Shown here: one piece after another, positions 38,027-48,102 of the stretch | How the letters are laid out: each line of letters starts with the position of its first letter | How positions within the stretch are numbered: the first letter of the stretch is position 1 | NCBI GenBank assembly: GCA_043815505.1 | Contig: JBDRIV010000002.1 | Span: 374,943 to 438,942, forward strand | Length of the DNA: 64,000 bases | Reading direction: 5' to 3' | From: a bacterium | GTDB lineage: Bacteria; Patescibacteriota; JABMPQ01; JBDRIV01 | The notes under the pieces: model-generated | What the model was told of the DNA's origin: nothing | Databases searched by the model: none | The model's input: only the letters and a program-made list of their open reading frames with translations | Program-made: the position numbers and the translations under genes

Positions 38027-40648
38027 ATGTCATTATTTGGAAAAATATTTGGTGATTTAAACGATCAGGAAATAAAAAAACTTGAACCGATTGTGGCCGA
38101 AATAAATTCTTTTGAGAAAAACTTTGCTGACTTATCAGATGAGGAATTGAAGGGAAAAACTGATGAATATAAAGATAGGTTGAGCAAAGGAACTAAGCTA
38201 AAGGAAATATTACCCGAAGCTTTTGCTACAGTTCGTGAAGCGAGCAAGCGCACATTAAATATGCGCCATTTTGATGTGCAATTAATGGGTGGACTTGTTT
38301 TGCATCAGGGACGCGTGGCGGAATTAAAAACTGGTGAAGGAAAAACTTTGATGGCTACGCTGGCTGTTTATTTAAATGCGCTTTCAGGCAAGGGTGTTCA
38401 TGTAGTAACGGTCAACGAATATTTGGCCAAACGCGACGCCGAATGGATGGAACCAATTTATACTGCTTTAGGAATTACGGTTGGTTACATTTATCATGGT
38501 CAAGAATTTACTGAGAAAAAAGAAGCCTATAATAAAGATGTAACTTATGGCACCAACAATGAATTTGGTTTTGACTATTTGCGCGATAACATGGCTTCAG
38601 AAATGGATAAAATGGTACAGCGCCCACTTAAGTTTGCTATTGTCGACGAAGTGGACAGCATTTTAATTGATGAAGCACGCACACCGCTGATAATTTCTTC
38701 GCCAGCAGCTAAAGCTACTGATCAGTATTATCAATTTGCCAAACTCGTTCCTAAATTAAAAGAAAATGAAGATTTTAATGTGGATGAAAAATTAAAAGCC
38801 GTAACACTTACTGACGACGGTATTAGTAAAATGGAAAAAATGCTTGGTATAGATAGTTTGTATGAAGCTGACAAGCTTTCCGTAATTCATCATTTGGAAC
38901 AAGCTCTACGAGCTTATACTTTATTTAAACGTGACAAAGAATATGTGGTAAAAGATGAGGAGGTTATTATTGTTGATGAATTTACTGGTCGTTTAATGCC
39001 AGGGAGAAGATTTTCCGAAGGTCTGCATCAAGCACTGGAAGCCAAAGAAGGTGTGGAAATTCAAAAAGAAAGTTTAACTTTAGCTACCATAACATTTCAA
39101 AATTATTTTCGTTTGTACAAAAAACTTTCTGGCATGACCGGAACGGCCAAAACTGAGGAAGAAGAATTCCAGAAAATTTATGGCATGATTGTCGTAGTGG
39201 TGCCAACCAATAAAGAAATGATTAGAAATGACAAGCCAGATAGAGTTTATAAAAATGAAACAGGAAAATTTGAAGCTATAATTCGAGAAGCTAAGGAGAG
39301 AAATTCAAAGGGCCAGCCAGTTTTAATTGGTACAGTTTCTATTGAAAAAAATGAAGACTTAAGCTCAGCTCTTACCAAGGCTGGTGTTCCGCACAAAATG
39401 TTAAATGCCAAAAACCATGAACAAGAAGCCAATATTATTGCTGATGCTGGAAAAATTGGGGCCGTAACTTTGGCTACCAACATGGCTGGTCGTGGTGTAG
39501 ACGTAAAATTGGGAGGCAGTGAGGCGACAGAGGAAGACAGGAAAAAAGTTTTGGAATTTGGTGGTTTGTTTGTACTAGGAACTGAGCGACATGAATCAAG
39601 AAGAATCGATAATCAGTTGCGTGGTCGTTCTGGTCGGCAAGGCGATCCGGGTGAGTCACAGTTCTTTGTTTCTATGGATGATGAATTACTTCGCATTTTT
39701 GGATCAGATAGAATGAAAGGCATGATGGAAGCATTAAGAGTTCCCGATGATCAACCAATCGAAAATCGTCTTATCTCCAGACAAATTGAAGCTGCCCAAA
39801 AGAAAGTTGAAGGTAATAATTTTGATATTAGAAAACACATTGTGGAATATGACGACGTGATGAACAAACATCGCGAAGTTATTTACAAAAGAAGATTTCA
39901 AATTCTGCAGGCCTGGCAAAAAGATAAAGAGGACTTAAAAGAAGGAAAGGTTCCAAATAATTTTAAATCAGCTTTAAAACCACTAGTGTTGGAAATGATT
40001 GATGAGGAAATTGATCGTGTAGTTTCCTTTCATACTACTGGTCATGATGAAAACAAGTGGAATTTGGAAGAAATTTATGAAACGATGAATACCATTACAC
40101 CGCTAGATTCTAAACTACATTTAGATATTAAAGATTTGCGCGACCGTGCTGGTGATGCCACTGAGGATGTAAAAGCCAGAAATGCTATCACTCAACACAT
40201 TTTTAAGCTAATTCATAATAAATATGAGGAGCGTGAACAGGAAGTCGGAATTCCGAACATGCGTTTGATTGAACGTTCAGTTTTGTTGCGGACAGTTGAT
40301 AATTTATGGATTGAACATCTGGATGCGATGGAAAGATTACGCGAAGGCGTTCGTTTGCGTGGTTATGGTAATCGTGATCCGCTGGTGGAATATAAAAAAG
40401 AAGGTTTTCAAATGTTTCAAAATTTATTGGCCATGGTGCAAGGTAATGTGGCTTACTCAGTATTTAAAATAAAACTAGCTTCCGAGCAGGAAAAAACTCC
40501 GATGGAAAAAGAAGATTTGCAAATGGCCGGCGCTGCTAAAACTGCTGGCGGACAAAAAAATAAGCCAATTGAGAAAAAGGAAAAAGTAGGCAGAAACGAC
40601 CCTTGCCCTTGTGGAAGTGGAAAAAAGTATAAAAAATGCCACGGATAA
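38027..40648 (+). CDS. secA: Preprotein translocase ATPase SecA
   Basis: KTGEGKT, DEVDSILIDEARTPLIIS, ATNMAGRG, GRNDPCPCGSGKKYKKCHG. Confidence 0.99.
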   Translation: MSLFGKIFGDLNDQEIKKLEPIVAEINSFEKNFADLSDEELKGKTDEYKDRLSKGTKLKEILPEAFATVREASKRTLNMRHFDVQLMGGLVLHQGRVAELKTGEGKTLMATLAVYLNALSGKGVHVVTVNEYLAKRDAEWMEPIYTALGITVGYIYHGQEFTEKKEAYNKDVTYGTNNEFGFDYLRDNMASEMDKMVQRPLKFAIVDEVDSILIDEARTPLIISSPAAKATDQYYQFAKLVPKLKENEDFNVDEKLKAVTLTDDGISKMEKMLGIDSLYEADKLSVIHHLEQALRAYTLFKRDKEYVVKDEEVIIVDEFTGRLMPGRRFSEGLHQALEAKEGVEIQKESLTLATITFQNYFRLYKKLSGMTGTAKTEEEEFQKIYGMIVVVVPTNKEMIRNDKPDRVYKNETGKFEAIIREAKERNSKGQPVLIGTVSIEKNEDLSSALTKAGVPHKMLNAKNHEQEANIIADAGKIGAVTLATNMAGRGVDVKLGGSEATEEDRKKVLEFGGLFVLGTERHESRRIDNQLRGRSGRQGDPGESQFFVSMDDELLRIFGSDRMKGMMEALRVPDDQPIENRLISRQIEAAQKKVEGNNFDIRKHIVEYDDVMNKHREVIYKRRFQILQAWQKDKEDLKEGKVPNNFKSALKPLVLEMIDEEIDRVVSFHTTGHDENKWNLEEIYETMNTITPLDSKLHLDIKDLRDRAGDATEDVKARNAITQHIFKLIHNKYEEREQEVGIPNMRLIERSVLLRTVDNLWIEHLDAMERLREGVRLRGYGNRDPLVEYKKEGFQMFQNLLAMVQGNVAYSVFKIKLASEQEKTPMEKEDLQMAGAAKTAGGQKNKPIEKKEKVGRNDPCPCGSGKKYKKCHG

Positions 40649-40721
40649 AAAAGATAAAAGATTAAAGAGTAAAGAGAAAAGAAATATTTTACTCATTTAT
40701 ATCTAAATTTTAATATTTCTT

Positions 40722-41300
40722 ATGGCCGAGGAATGTGAAGTGAAATTTTTGAATGTAAACATAGAAGAACTGGAAACCAAGCTAAAAAAACTTGGGGCTA
40801 AAAAGGTGGGCGAGTTTCATTATAAACGAAGAGTTTATGATTATCCTGATAGGCGTTTAGATAAAAAAGGCGCTTGGATTCGTTTAAGAACAGATGACAA
40901 GAAAACAACTCTTTGTTATAAAGAAAGAATTGGAATTAAATCTCATGATGGAAAAACAAACGACAAAACTTTTCATGAAGTTGAATTTGAAGTAAGCGAT
41001 TTTGAAAAGGCTAAAGAATTTATGGATAACCTTGGTTTCAAAGAGAAATTCTATGAGGAAAACACAAGAATTAGATACATGCTGAATGATATTGAATTTG
41101 ATATTGATACTTGGCCACTTCTCAAACCTTACTTGGAAATAGAAGCACCAACTTGGGATCAAGTTAACGAGGGAATAAAACTTCTAGAACTGGATCCAAA
41201 AGATAAAAAGATATTTTCTACCTATCAGGTATATCAACTGGAAGGAATTGATGAATTTGATTTTTCTGTTTTAACATTTGCTAAGCAGATTAAAAAGTGA
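40722..41300 (+). CDS. CYTH-domain protein (class IV adenylate cyclase-like)
   Basis: ECEVKF, WIRLR, EVEFEV, YLEIE. Confidence 0.9.
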   Translation: MAEECEVKFLNVNIEELETKLKKLGAKKVGEFHYKRRVYDYPDRRLDKKGAWIRLRTDDKKTTLCYKERIGIKSHDGKTNDKTFHEVEFEVSDFEKAKEFMDNLGFKEKFYEENTRIRYMLNDIEFDIDTWPLLKPYLEIEAPTWDQVNEGIKLLELDPKDKKIFSTYQVYQLEGIDEFDFSVLTFAKQIKK

Positions 41301-41345
41301 TACCTTGAAGTATTGAACTTTTGGGGAGAGGAGAAAGGATGCTAG

Positions 41346-41603
41346 ATGAAAGTAACGCCCGCTTATGCTATGGATTGGACCTGCTATATTTATTTCACAG
41401 GAAGAATGCCCGCAAAAGGAGTCCTGGGAATTATAGAAATGATAGAGAAAAAAAGTTCTAAAGCTAAGCTTGGTGACGGCATGATTAAATGTGGGTCAAA
41501 AGGGTTGTTTTTCAATATCATTGTTGATAGCCATACTTTGGAATGGTTAAGAGCAAATTCAGACTTTACTATAATAAACTGTGACACCGACGATATTTTC
41601 TAG
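41346..41603 (+). CDS. Small hypothetical protein
   Basis: Purine-rich SD region; TTGCTA-17-TACCTT at 41278-41306. Confidence 0.6.
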   Translation: MKVTPAYAMDWTCYIYFTGRMPAKGVLGIIEMIEKKSSKAKLGDGMIKCGSKGLFFNIIVDSHTLEWLRANSDFTIINCDTDDIF

Positions 41604-41635
41604 TCGTCAAACCTCTCCCTCCTTTTTTTGAAACT

Positions 41636-42259
41636 ATGAGCTTAGAACGAGACGTACAATTTATTTACGAAACGGGTGCTCTGCGTCGTGTGCAACGTAC
41701 CTGGAAACATTTTTTTGATTATGATTTCCAAAATGTTACCGAACACACCTTTTAAATGATGTCGCTGGCTTTAATTATGGCTAAGCATGAAAATGCTGAT
41801 ATAGATAAGGTTTTAAAAATGGCTCTTATTCATGATATTACCGAATCGAGAAATGGAGATGTAAATTATCAATCAAGACTATATGTAGATAAAAAAGAAG
41901 AATTGGCAATAGACGATATTCTAAAAAGCACTTCCCTTGAAGAAGAGTGGAAAGAAATTTGGAATGAGTATGAAGAGAGAAAATCACTAGAATCCAAAAT
42001 TGTAAAAGATGCAGATATTCTGGATCAGAGTTTGGAAAAAGAAGAACAAGCAGCTAAAGGTAACAAAGAAATAAAAGAAGTCTTTAAAGATACAGAAAAA
42101 TTCTATTATTATAATTTGCAAACAAATGATGGGAAAAAGATTTATGGAGCCATGCAAAGTGTTGGTGTACATGACTGGCATGTAAAAGGTAGAAACGTTT
42201 ATACAGAATCAGACAAATCAGTTTTTGAAGGAATTAAGGAAAAACCAAGAAATAATTGA
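41636..42259 (+). pseudogene. HD-domain 5'-nucleotidase-like (YfbR/HDDC2) gene with an in-frame TAA at 41753-41755
   Basis: MSLERDVQFIYETGALRRVQRTW...QNVTEHTF* is in frame with MMSLAL...LIHDITE...VKDAD. Confidence 0.85.
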
Positions 42260-42274
42260 ACGTTCTTTAAAAAC

Positions 42275-42559
42275 ATGAGGAGGAATTCCATGAGTATGAG
42301 ATCTTTACACTCTATTACCTTAGAGATCGATGATGATAGTATTGAAGCTACAAACCATGATAGTATTGAAGCTGCAAACCGAAAACTGGATAGCATGATA
42401 AGTGGCATAAGCCGACACATCACCAGTTATGTCACAGCCGGTGTGAGTAGTAGTTTATCCGACGGAGAAACTATCATGGCTTCCTGTGTTGGAATGATTA
42501 CAGAAGAAGAAGCAAATATTCTCAGAAGGAACAATGTCGACGTATGCAAGGATGAATAA
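42275..42559 (+). CDS. Small hypothetical protein (repeat-motif family)
   Basis: GAGGAGG SD suggests the start is at ATG ~42290; ITEEEANILRRNNVDV motif. Confidence 0.65.
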   Translation: MRRNSMSMRSLHSITLEIDDDSIEATNHDSIEAANRKLDSMISGISRHITSYVTAGVSSSLSDGETIMASCVGMITEEEANILRRNNVDVCKDE

Positions 42560-42585
42560 CTAAAAACATTCGAAGAGGAACTCAC

Positions 42586-42807
42586 ATGCCGAGAAAGATG
42601 AGACGAGTAAGATATGAAACAACAAGCATGCAGGATGTTCCTGCACTTGCTGCTAAAACCAAGCGAACAATTAGCAGGAAAAAAAAAGATCTAGTTTTAT
42701 ATGCTTGGATAAGAAAAAACAGAGTTGGTTGGGAAACCGAAATGCATATCACAGACAAGGAGGCCACCAAGTTGGAAAAGAAAGGATTTATTGTAACATT
42801 ACTTTGA
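42586..42807 (+). CDS. Small hypothetical protein (repeat-motif family)
   Basis: GAGG SD; ITDKEATKLEKKGFIV motif. Confidence 0.65.
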   Translation: MPRKMRRVRYETTSMQDVPALAAKTKRTISRKKKDLVLYAWIRKNRVGWETEMHITDKEATKLEKKGFIVTLL

Positions 42808-42817
42808 AGGAGGTGGT

Positions 42818-43252
42818 GTGATGAGAATGTTCAGGGTAGAAGTTTCAAATCCAATTCAAGATGCAATGATTATTATAACAGAGACCATCGGTGAGACTAG
42901 ATTGAAAAATGCCATTCGGTTAAAAAAAGTGGACGGATCTCTTTTGGCTCTGTATGTCAAATTGTCAATTGAGGAAGCTGAACATTGGCAGAGGAATAGA
43001 TTGAAGGTCGAAAAGGTTGAGTCAGGAAGTTGTAGAAGTGTTCATATTTATCCGGGAAAAAAGATGGTTAATGAGAACACCTTTCTTCAAGAGCTCTTCG
43101 CAGTGTGTCCAAGTATTATGGGTAGGATTAAGACTTCGACTATCGATAGCCATTCGCGAAGACGCAAGACTCCTTTGATGTGTATGGTTAGTATCAATAA
43201 TATAGAAGCAAATGCGCTGCAAAAAGCCGGTTTCGAAGTTAATCAAAATTAA
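42818..43252 (+). CDS. Hypothetical protein with two copies of the family motif
   Basis: AAGGAGGT SD; LSIEEAEHWQRNRLKV and INNIEANALQKAGFEV; terminator at about 43258-43301. Confidence 0.7.
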   Translation: MMRMFRVEVSNPIQDAMIIITETIGETRLKNAIRLKKVDGSLLALYVKLSIEEAEHWQRNRLKVEKVESGSCRSVHIYPGKKMVNENTFLQELFAVCPSIMGRIKTSTIDSHSRRRKTPLMCMVSINNIEANALQKAGFEVNQN

Positions 43253-43477
43253 AATTTTGGGTTTGCGGATCAGTAATGATCCCCAAACCCATTTATTTTT
43301 TCAATTGAAAAATATAGATGTTTAAAATAAAATAACAATAACTTAGTAATTAATTGATTAGCACAAATCACAAAAACCTTAAGACTTTTTAGAAAATAAT
43401 ACCCGGCCATAATGGTCGGGTATGTTATATTCAGGAAACATCTTTTCTTTCACCAATAAGGCAAAAACATCCATAGA

Positions 43478-43885
43478 TTAAATAATTGATTTGGATTGTA
43501 AAACAAAGATAAGAGTAAAGGCAAGAAAGATGAACATTAAAATTAATGTTCTCCCGAGTTGTCTTGTCCACCACCACTTTACATAAATATAAGGATTTTT
43601 GAACAATGATAGGATCTTAATATCCACCATACAAAACCATATTAAAGACCAAAGCATACAGAAAAACGCGACTAAAGCGTCTAGGACGTAATTTCCAAAT
43701 ATAGTTATTACAATTGCTGGCACTGTGAGCCAACAAAACACTCGTAGAGTATTGGCTAGAATTTTCATCACATTGTGGGTCACATGATCCGTGAGAAGAC
43801 TTTGTTGCATGATTTTTTTGGATCTTTTATGCAACGATCGGGACAGAAAAATGAGAAGAATAACAAACAAAATGTTAGAAATCAT
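43478..43885 (-). CDS. Hypothetical membrane protein (orphan unit)
   Basis: 4 TM; AGGAG SD; TTGACA-17-TAAATT at 44011-43983; hairpin at 43400-43422. Confidence 0.72.
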   Translation of the reverse strand: MISNILFVILLIFLSRSLHKRSKKIMQQSLLTDHVTHNVMKILANTLRVFCWLTVPAIVITIFGNYVLDALVAFFCMLWSLIWFCMVDIKILSLFKNPYIYVKWWWTRQLGRTLILMFIFLAFTLIFVLQSKSII

Positions 43886-44055
43886 GGCGAACTCCTATAG
43901 TGTTTTATGTTTTGTGTGAGTTGAAAGGTAAAACTTTCTGCAGGAAATATATCCTGACAAATTTGTTAGAGAACAACAGTTCAATTTAATACATTAAACA
44001 GATTTTGTCAAAATAAGAAAATATTGTATAATTCAAAGAGAATTATTTATATTAT

Positions 44056-45486
44056 ATGAAACCAAAATATATACTAATAATTGCTGTTTTGGCTTTGGGT
44101 TTAGTTTATTTTATGCCCGGAATTGCCTCAGCTGATTATTCTGAGCATTCTACCGATCCCAAAGTTAAAAGATTTACACCTGAGGGTACTTTTCAGAATG
44201 AATTCTTAACTTTTGACCATAAATTCGGTGGTGGTATGACGGTAGCAACAGGAGATTTTGATGGCGACGGAGTTGATGATATTGCCGTTGGAGCTGGTCC
44301 AGGTGGCGGTCCGCAAGTGCAAATTTATAAAGCTGGCGGACAGTTAATGTATAGTTTCTTTCCCTTCCATCCCGATTTTCGTGGTGGGGTCAGTGTGGCT
44401 GCTGGAGATTTTACTGGAGATGGAAAAGCAGAACTGGTAGTTGCTCAAAGATCAAAAGGACAAGCATGGGTTAAAGTTTATGAAGTAAGACATAATTGGG
44501 TACTGGCAAATTTTATGGTTTATGATCCTGGACATCAAGGTGGCGCTTATATAGCTGTCGGTGATATTAATGGCGATGGTAAAAATGAAATTATAACATC
44601 ACCAGCTTCTACCAATCGTTGCCATGTTAGAACTTTTAGTGCTAACGGAACTTATGCTGGTTGGGATGCTTTCCCTTTTGCTGATAATCAAAAAGGTGGC
44701 TGTACAGTTGCAGTTGCTAATGTTGATGGCGGTCCCGAAACTGAAGTGGTGGTAGGAATGGCCGCCTTTGGAACAGCTACCGTTAGGACTTACAAAACAA
44801 ATTCTGGACGACAAATTTTAGGAGAATTTCTAGCTTATCCCTTACCATATTCACGAGGTGTACAAATTGGCGCCGGCGATTTTGACAACGATGGAGAAGA
44901 CGAAATTGTTACTGTTCCAACACTGGGACCAACCCATATGAGAATGTTTGAAGCTTACGGAAAAGCTATTGAAAATGAAAATTTGTTTGCCCACGATCAG
45001 AACACTTTCCGCGGTGGCGGTTATGTAGCTGGTGGTTCATTTGATAGAGGCAAAAGATCAGATACATTAGTGGTTGCTCCCAGTAAAAAACAATATGAGG
45101 GACTAACCGATTATTACAAATATATTGATATTGATTTATCTGATCAAACATTACGAGCTTATAGGGAAGGGGACAAGGTTTATGAAACTTTAGTATCTAG
45201 TGGAATTTCCAGATATCCAACACCGCAGGGAACTTTCGCTGTGCGCGATCATATTTTATCAGAAAGAATGAAATGGGAATATGGACCCGATCACCCTGAT
45301 AACTACGATTTAGAAGATGTTCCTCATGTAATGCATTTTAATGGTCCTTACGCTTTGCATGGTGCCTACTGGCACAATAATTTCGGACATATTATGAGCC
45401 ATGGTTGTATAAATTTACCTTTAGGAGCGGCCGAGTGGCTTTACAATTGGGCCGATAATGGCGATACTGTAATAGTGCATGAATAA
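44056..45486 (+). CDS. Secreted L,D-transpeptidase with FG-GAP/VCBS repeats
   Basis: Signal peptide; repeated GDFDGDG; YkuD motif LHGAYWH...SHGCINL. Confidence 0.93.
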   Translation: MKPKYILIIAVLALGLVYFMPGIASADYSEHSTDPKVKRFTPEGTFQNEFLTFDHKFGGGMTVATGDFDGDGVDDIAVGAGPGGGPQVQIYKAGGQLMYSFFPFHPDFRGGVSVAAGDFTGDGKAELVVAQRSKGQAWVKVYEVRHNWVLANFMVYDPGHQGGAYIAVGDINGDGKNEIITSPASTNRCHVRTFSANGTYAGWDAFPFADNQKGGCTVAVANVDGGPETEVVVGMAAFGTATVRTYKTNSGRQILGEFLAYPLPYSRGVQIGAGDFDNDGEDEIVTVPTLGPTHMRMFEAYGKAIENENLFAHDQNTFRGGGYVAGGSFDRGKRSDTLVVAPSKKQYEGLTDYYKYIDIDLSDQTLRAYREGDKVYETLVSSGISRYPTPQGTFAVRDHILSERMKWEYGPDHPDNYDLEDVPHVMHFNGPYALHGAYWHNNFGHIMSHGCINLPLGAAEWLYNWADNGDTVIVHE

Positions 45487-45541
45487 ATAGAAAAAAATCA
45501 AAGTCAAAGTCATGACCTTTGGCTTTTGAATTGAAGCAAAT

Positions 45542-46891
45542 ATGAATATAAGAAAGAAAATTTGGTTAACTCTAATAGGAATCGTTGTCCTGGCTATTTT
45601 AGCAGGCATGGTTAATTGGCCTGGTGAAGAGCTACCATTTTTTAATAAATTTAAAACTCATTTGGGGCTTGATTTACAAGGAGGAACCCATTTAGTTTAT
45701 CAAGCAGATATAACCAATGTAGAAGAAAACGAAATTGATGATTCCTTAGCTGGTGTACGCGATGTTATTGAAAATCGAGTGAATGCTTTTGGTGTGGCTG
45801 AACCGGTAATTCAAACTAACAAAACAGAAGGAAACTATAGAGTCATAATTGAATTGGCCGGCGTTCAAGACGTAAATGAAGCTATAAATATGATTGGTCA
45901 AACACCAACACTTGATTTTCGTGAATTGTCAGACACTCAATATACAGTTGAAGATTTTACGGATGCCGATGGGAATCAATTACTAACCGAAGATCAATTA
46001 CCACCAAAATTTGATATTACCGCTTTAACCGGTCAGCATTTACAAAAAGCCACCTTGCAATTTGATCAAAATACTAATCAACCGATTGTTGGTTTGCAAT
46101 TTGATAATGAAGGAAAAGACATTTTTGCCGAATTAACAAAAAAGAATTTAGGTAAACCACTGGCAATTTATTTAGATGGTCAGCAAATTTCTGTTCCTAC
46201 AGTGCAAAGTGAAATTACAAGTGGCGAAGCAATAATTTCTGGTAATTTTGACATTGAAGAAGCACGAACCTTAGCTCGTCGTTTAAATGCCGGTGCCTTG
46301 CCGGTACCAATTGAATTAATTTCTCAACAAACTGTTGGTGCCTCACTTGGTGCTGAATCGATCGATAAAAGTTTGTATGCTGGCATAATCGGACTTATCT
46401 TGGTTTCTATATTTATGCTTATTTATTATCGTTTACCTGGCCTGCTGTCAGTTTTTGCTCTTATTATTTACGGACTAATATTATTTGCCTTGGTTAAAAT
46501 GATTCCTATTACTTTAACTCTAGCTGGAATTGCTGGTTTCATATTATCGGTTGGTATGGCAGTAGATGCTAATGTTTTGATATTTGAAAGAATGAAAGAA
46601 GAATTAAAAGAAGGCAAAACTTTAGGTGCTGCCATTGAAGAAGGTTTTAATCATGCTTGGAAATCAATTCGTGATTCTAACATTTCTACGCTTATAACCT
46701 GCTTTATTCTATTTTGGTTTGGCACAAGCATTGTTAAGGGTTTTGCTTTAACCTTAGGCATTGGTGTTTTAATCAGTATGTTTTCCGCCATAACAGTTTC
46801 CAGGACTTTATTACGCGTATTTATTGGTACTAGAATTGGAAACTCTAAATTTTTATTTTCTGCTCCCAAAGCAGAGGTTAAAGAAGAATAA
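45542..46891 (+). CDS. secD: Protein translocase subunit SecD
   Basis: LGLDLQGG, LNAGALP, GMAVDANVLIFER. Confidence 0.97.
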   Translation: MNIRKKIWLTLIGIVVLAILAGMVNWPGEELPFFNKFKTHLGLDLQGGTHLVYQADITNVEENEIDDSLAGVRDVIENRVNAFGVAEPVIQTNKTEGNYRVIIELAGVQDVNEAINMIGQTPTLDFRELSDTQYTVEDFTDADGNQLLTEDQLPPKFDITALTGQHLQKATLQFDQNTNQPIVGLQFDNEGKDIFAELTKKNLGKPLAIYLDGQQISVPTVQSEITSGEAIISGNFDIEEARTLARRLNAGALPVPIELISQQTVGASLGAESIDKSLYAGIIGLILVSIFMLIYYRLPGLLSVFALIIYGLILFALVKMIPITLTLAGIAGFILSVGMAVDANVLIFERMKEELKEGKTLGAAIEEGFNHAWKSIRDSNISTLITCFILFWFGTSIVKGFALTLGIGVLISMFSAITVSRTLLRVFIGTRIGNSKFLFSAPKAEVKEE

Positions 46892-47877
46892 TGAATATTG
46901 CTATTATAAAAAATAAAAAATATTGGTTAGGTTTTTCTGGAGTTTTACTTCTAACTTGTGTGATATTTATATTTATTTTTGGTTTGAAGCTTGGAATTGA
47001 CTTTACTGGTGGATCATTACTGGAAGTAAAAATCAATTCTGATACCAGTTTTGAAGCTCGGGTTGTGACTGAAAAATTGGAAAGTTTGGATTTTCTAGAA
47101 TCGGCTAAAGTTCAACCAACAGAAAACAATGGTTTGTTTATTAGAATGAAGACCTTAACTGAAGAAGAGCATCAAAGTGTGTTAGTAGCCTTAGAAGAAA
47201 TGGTAAAACCGGAAAATGCGACTGATGAAACGCCAGCAACAACTGAAAATGAAGTAGTAAACACTGAAGAAGCAACAACCAGTGAGAAAGCTCCTGCAGA
47301 AAGCTTAATTATAGAACAAAGATTTGAATCGATTGGACCGGTTATTGGCTCAGAAATGGCCAGAAAATCCATTTATGCCATTATATTCGTTTTAGTGGGA
47401 ATTATTTCTTATCTAGCTTGGGCTTTTAAAAAGGTGGGAAGCGATGTATCACCTTGGAAATTCGGTGCCTGTGCTATTTTTGCCCTCATTCATGATTTAC
47501 TAATTGTGGTTGGTGTATTTGCGCTGCTCGGTAAAGTACTGAATGTAGAGATTGATACTATGTTTATAACAGCTCTGCTTACTGTGCTTGGTTTTTCCGT
47601 TCATGATACCATCGTTGTCTTTGATCGCGTGCGTTACAATTTACTTAGAAATGCTGGTGACAATTTTGCTGACACTGTAAATTTGAGCGTTAATCAAACC
47701 ATAGTGCGTTCTATTAACACTTCTGTAACAACCCTGTTAGTACTGTTAGCCTTATATTTCCTTGGTGGAGCTACAATAAGTTGGTTTGTTTTAGCTTTGA
47801 TTGTAGGTATTATTGCTGGAACTTACTCATCAATCTTTTTTGCTAGCCCAATACTGGTTGCTTGGCAAAAAAAGTAA
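46891..47877 (+). CDS. secF: Protein translocase subunit SecF
   Basis: LGIDFTGG, GFSVHDTIVVFDRVR, RSINTS, GTYSSIF. Confidence 0.97.
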   Translation: MNIAIIKNKKYWLGFSGVLLLTCVIFIFIFGLKLGIDFTGGSLLEVKINSDTSFEARVVTEKLESLDFLESAKVQPTENNGLFIRMKTLTEEEHQSVLVALEEMVKPENATDETPATTENEVVNTEEATTSEKAPAESLIIEQRFESIGPVIGSEMARKSIYAIIFVLVGIISYLAWAFKKVGSDVSPWKFGACAIFALIHDLLIVVGVFALLGKVLNVEIDTMFITALLTVLGFSVHDTIVVFDRVRYNLLRNAGDNFADTVNLSVNQTIVRSINTSVTTLLVLLALYFLGGATISWFVLALIVGIIAGTYSSIFFASPILVAWQKK

Positions 47878-47965
47878 GACGAGTTATAGAATATTTGCAA
47901 CAGGTGTCAAATTTATGCGGACACTTGTTTTTATTTCGGCTAAAATTAATTATAGGACAAAGTAT

Positions 47966-48044
47966 TGACATATGAAGGTTAATATGATAGGATGTGCCAA
48001 CAGTACATAAAATCATTGACAAGTAATACCTTTTATGATATTAT
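47966..48044 (+). promoter_or_regulatory. Two tandem sigma70 promoters
   Basis: TTGACA...TGATAGGAT and TTGACA...TGATATTAT. Confidence 0.65.
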
Positions 48045-48102
48045 GTGCTTAAAGAGTGTAAAAAGAAGTACTTTTTACCTTAGTTAAGCTAAATTATAAA
48101 TA

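Noticed and set aside
41753-41755. Stop-codon reassignment as an explanation for the in-frame TAA
   Set aside because: TAA, TGA and TAG all terminate genes normally elsewhere in the window
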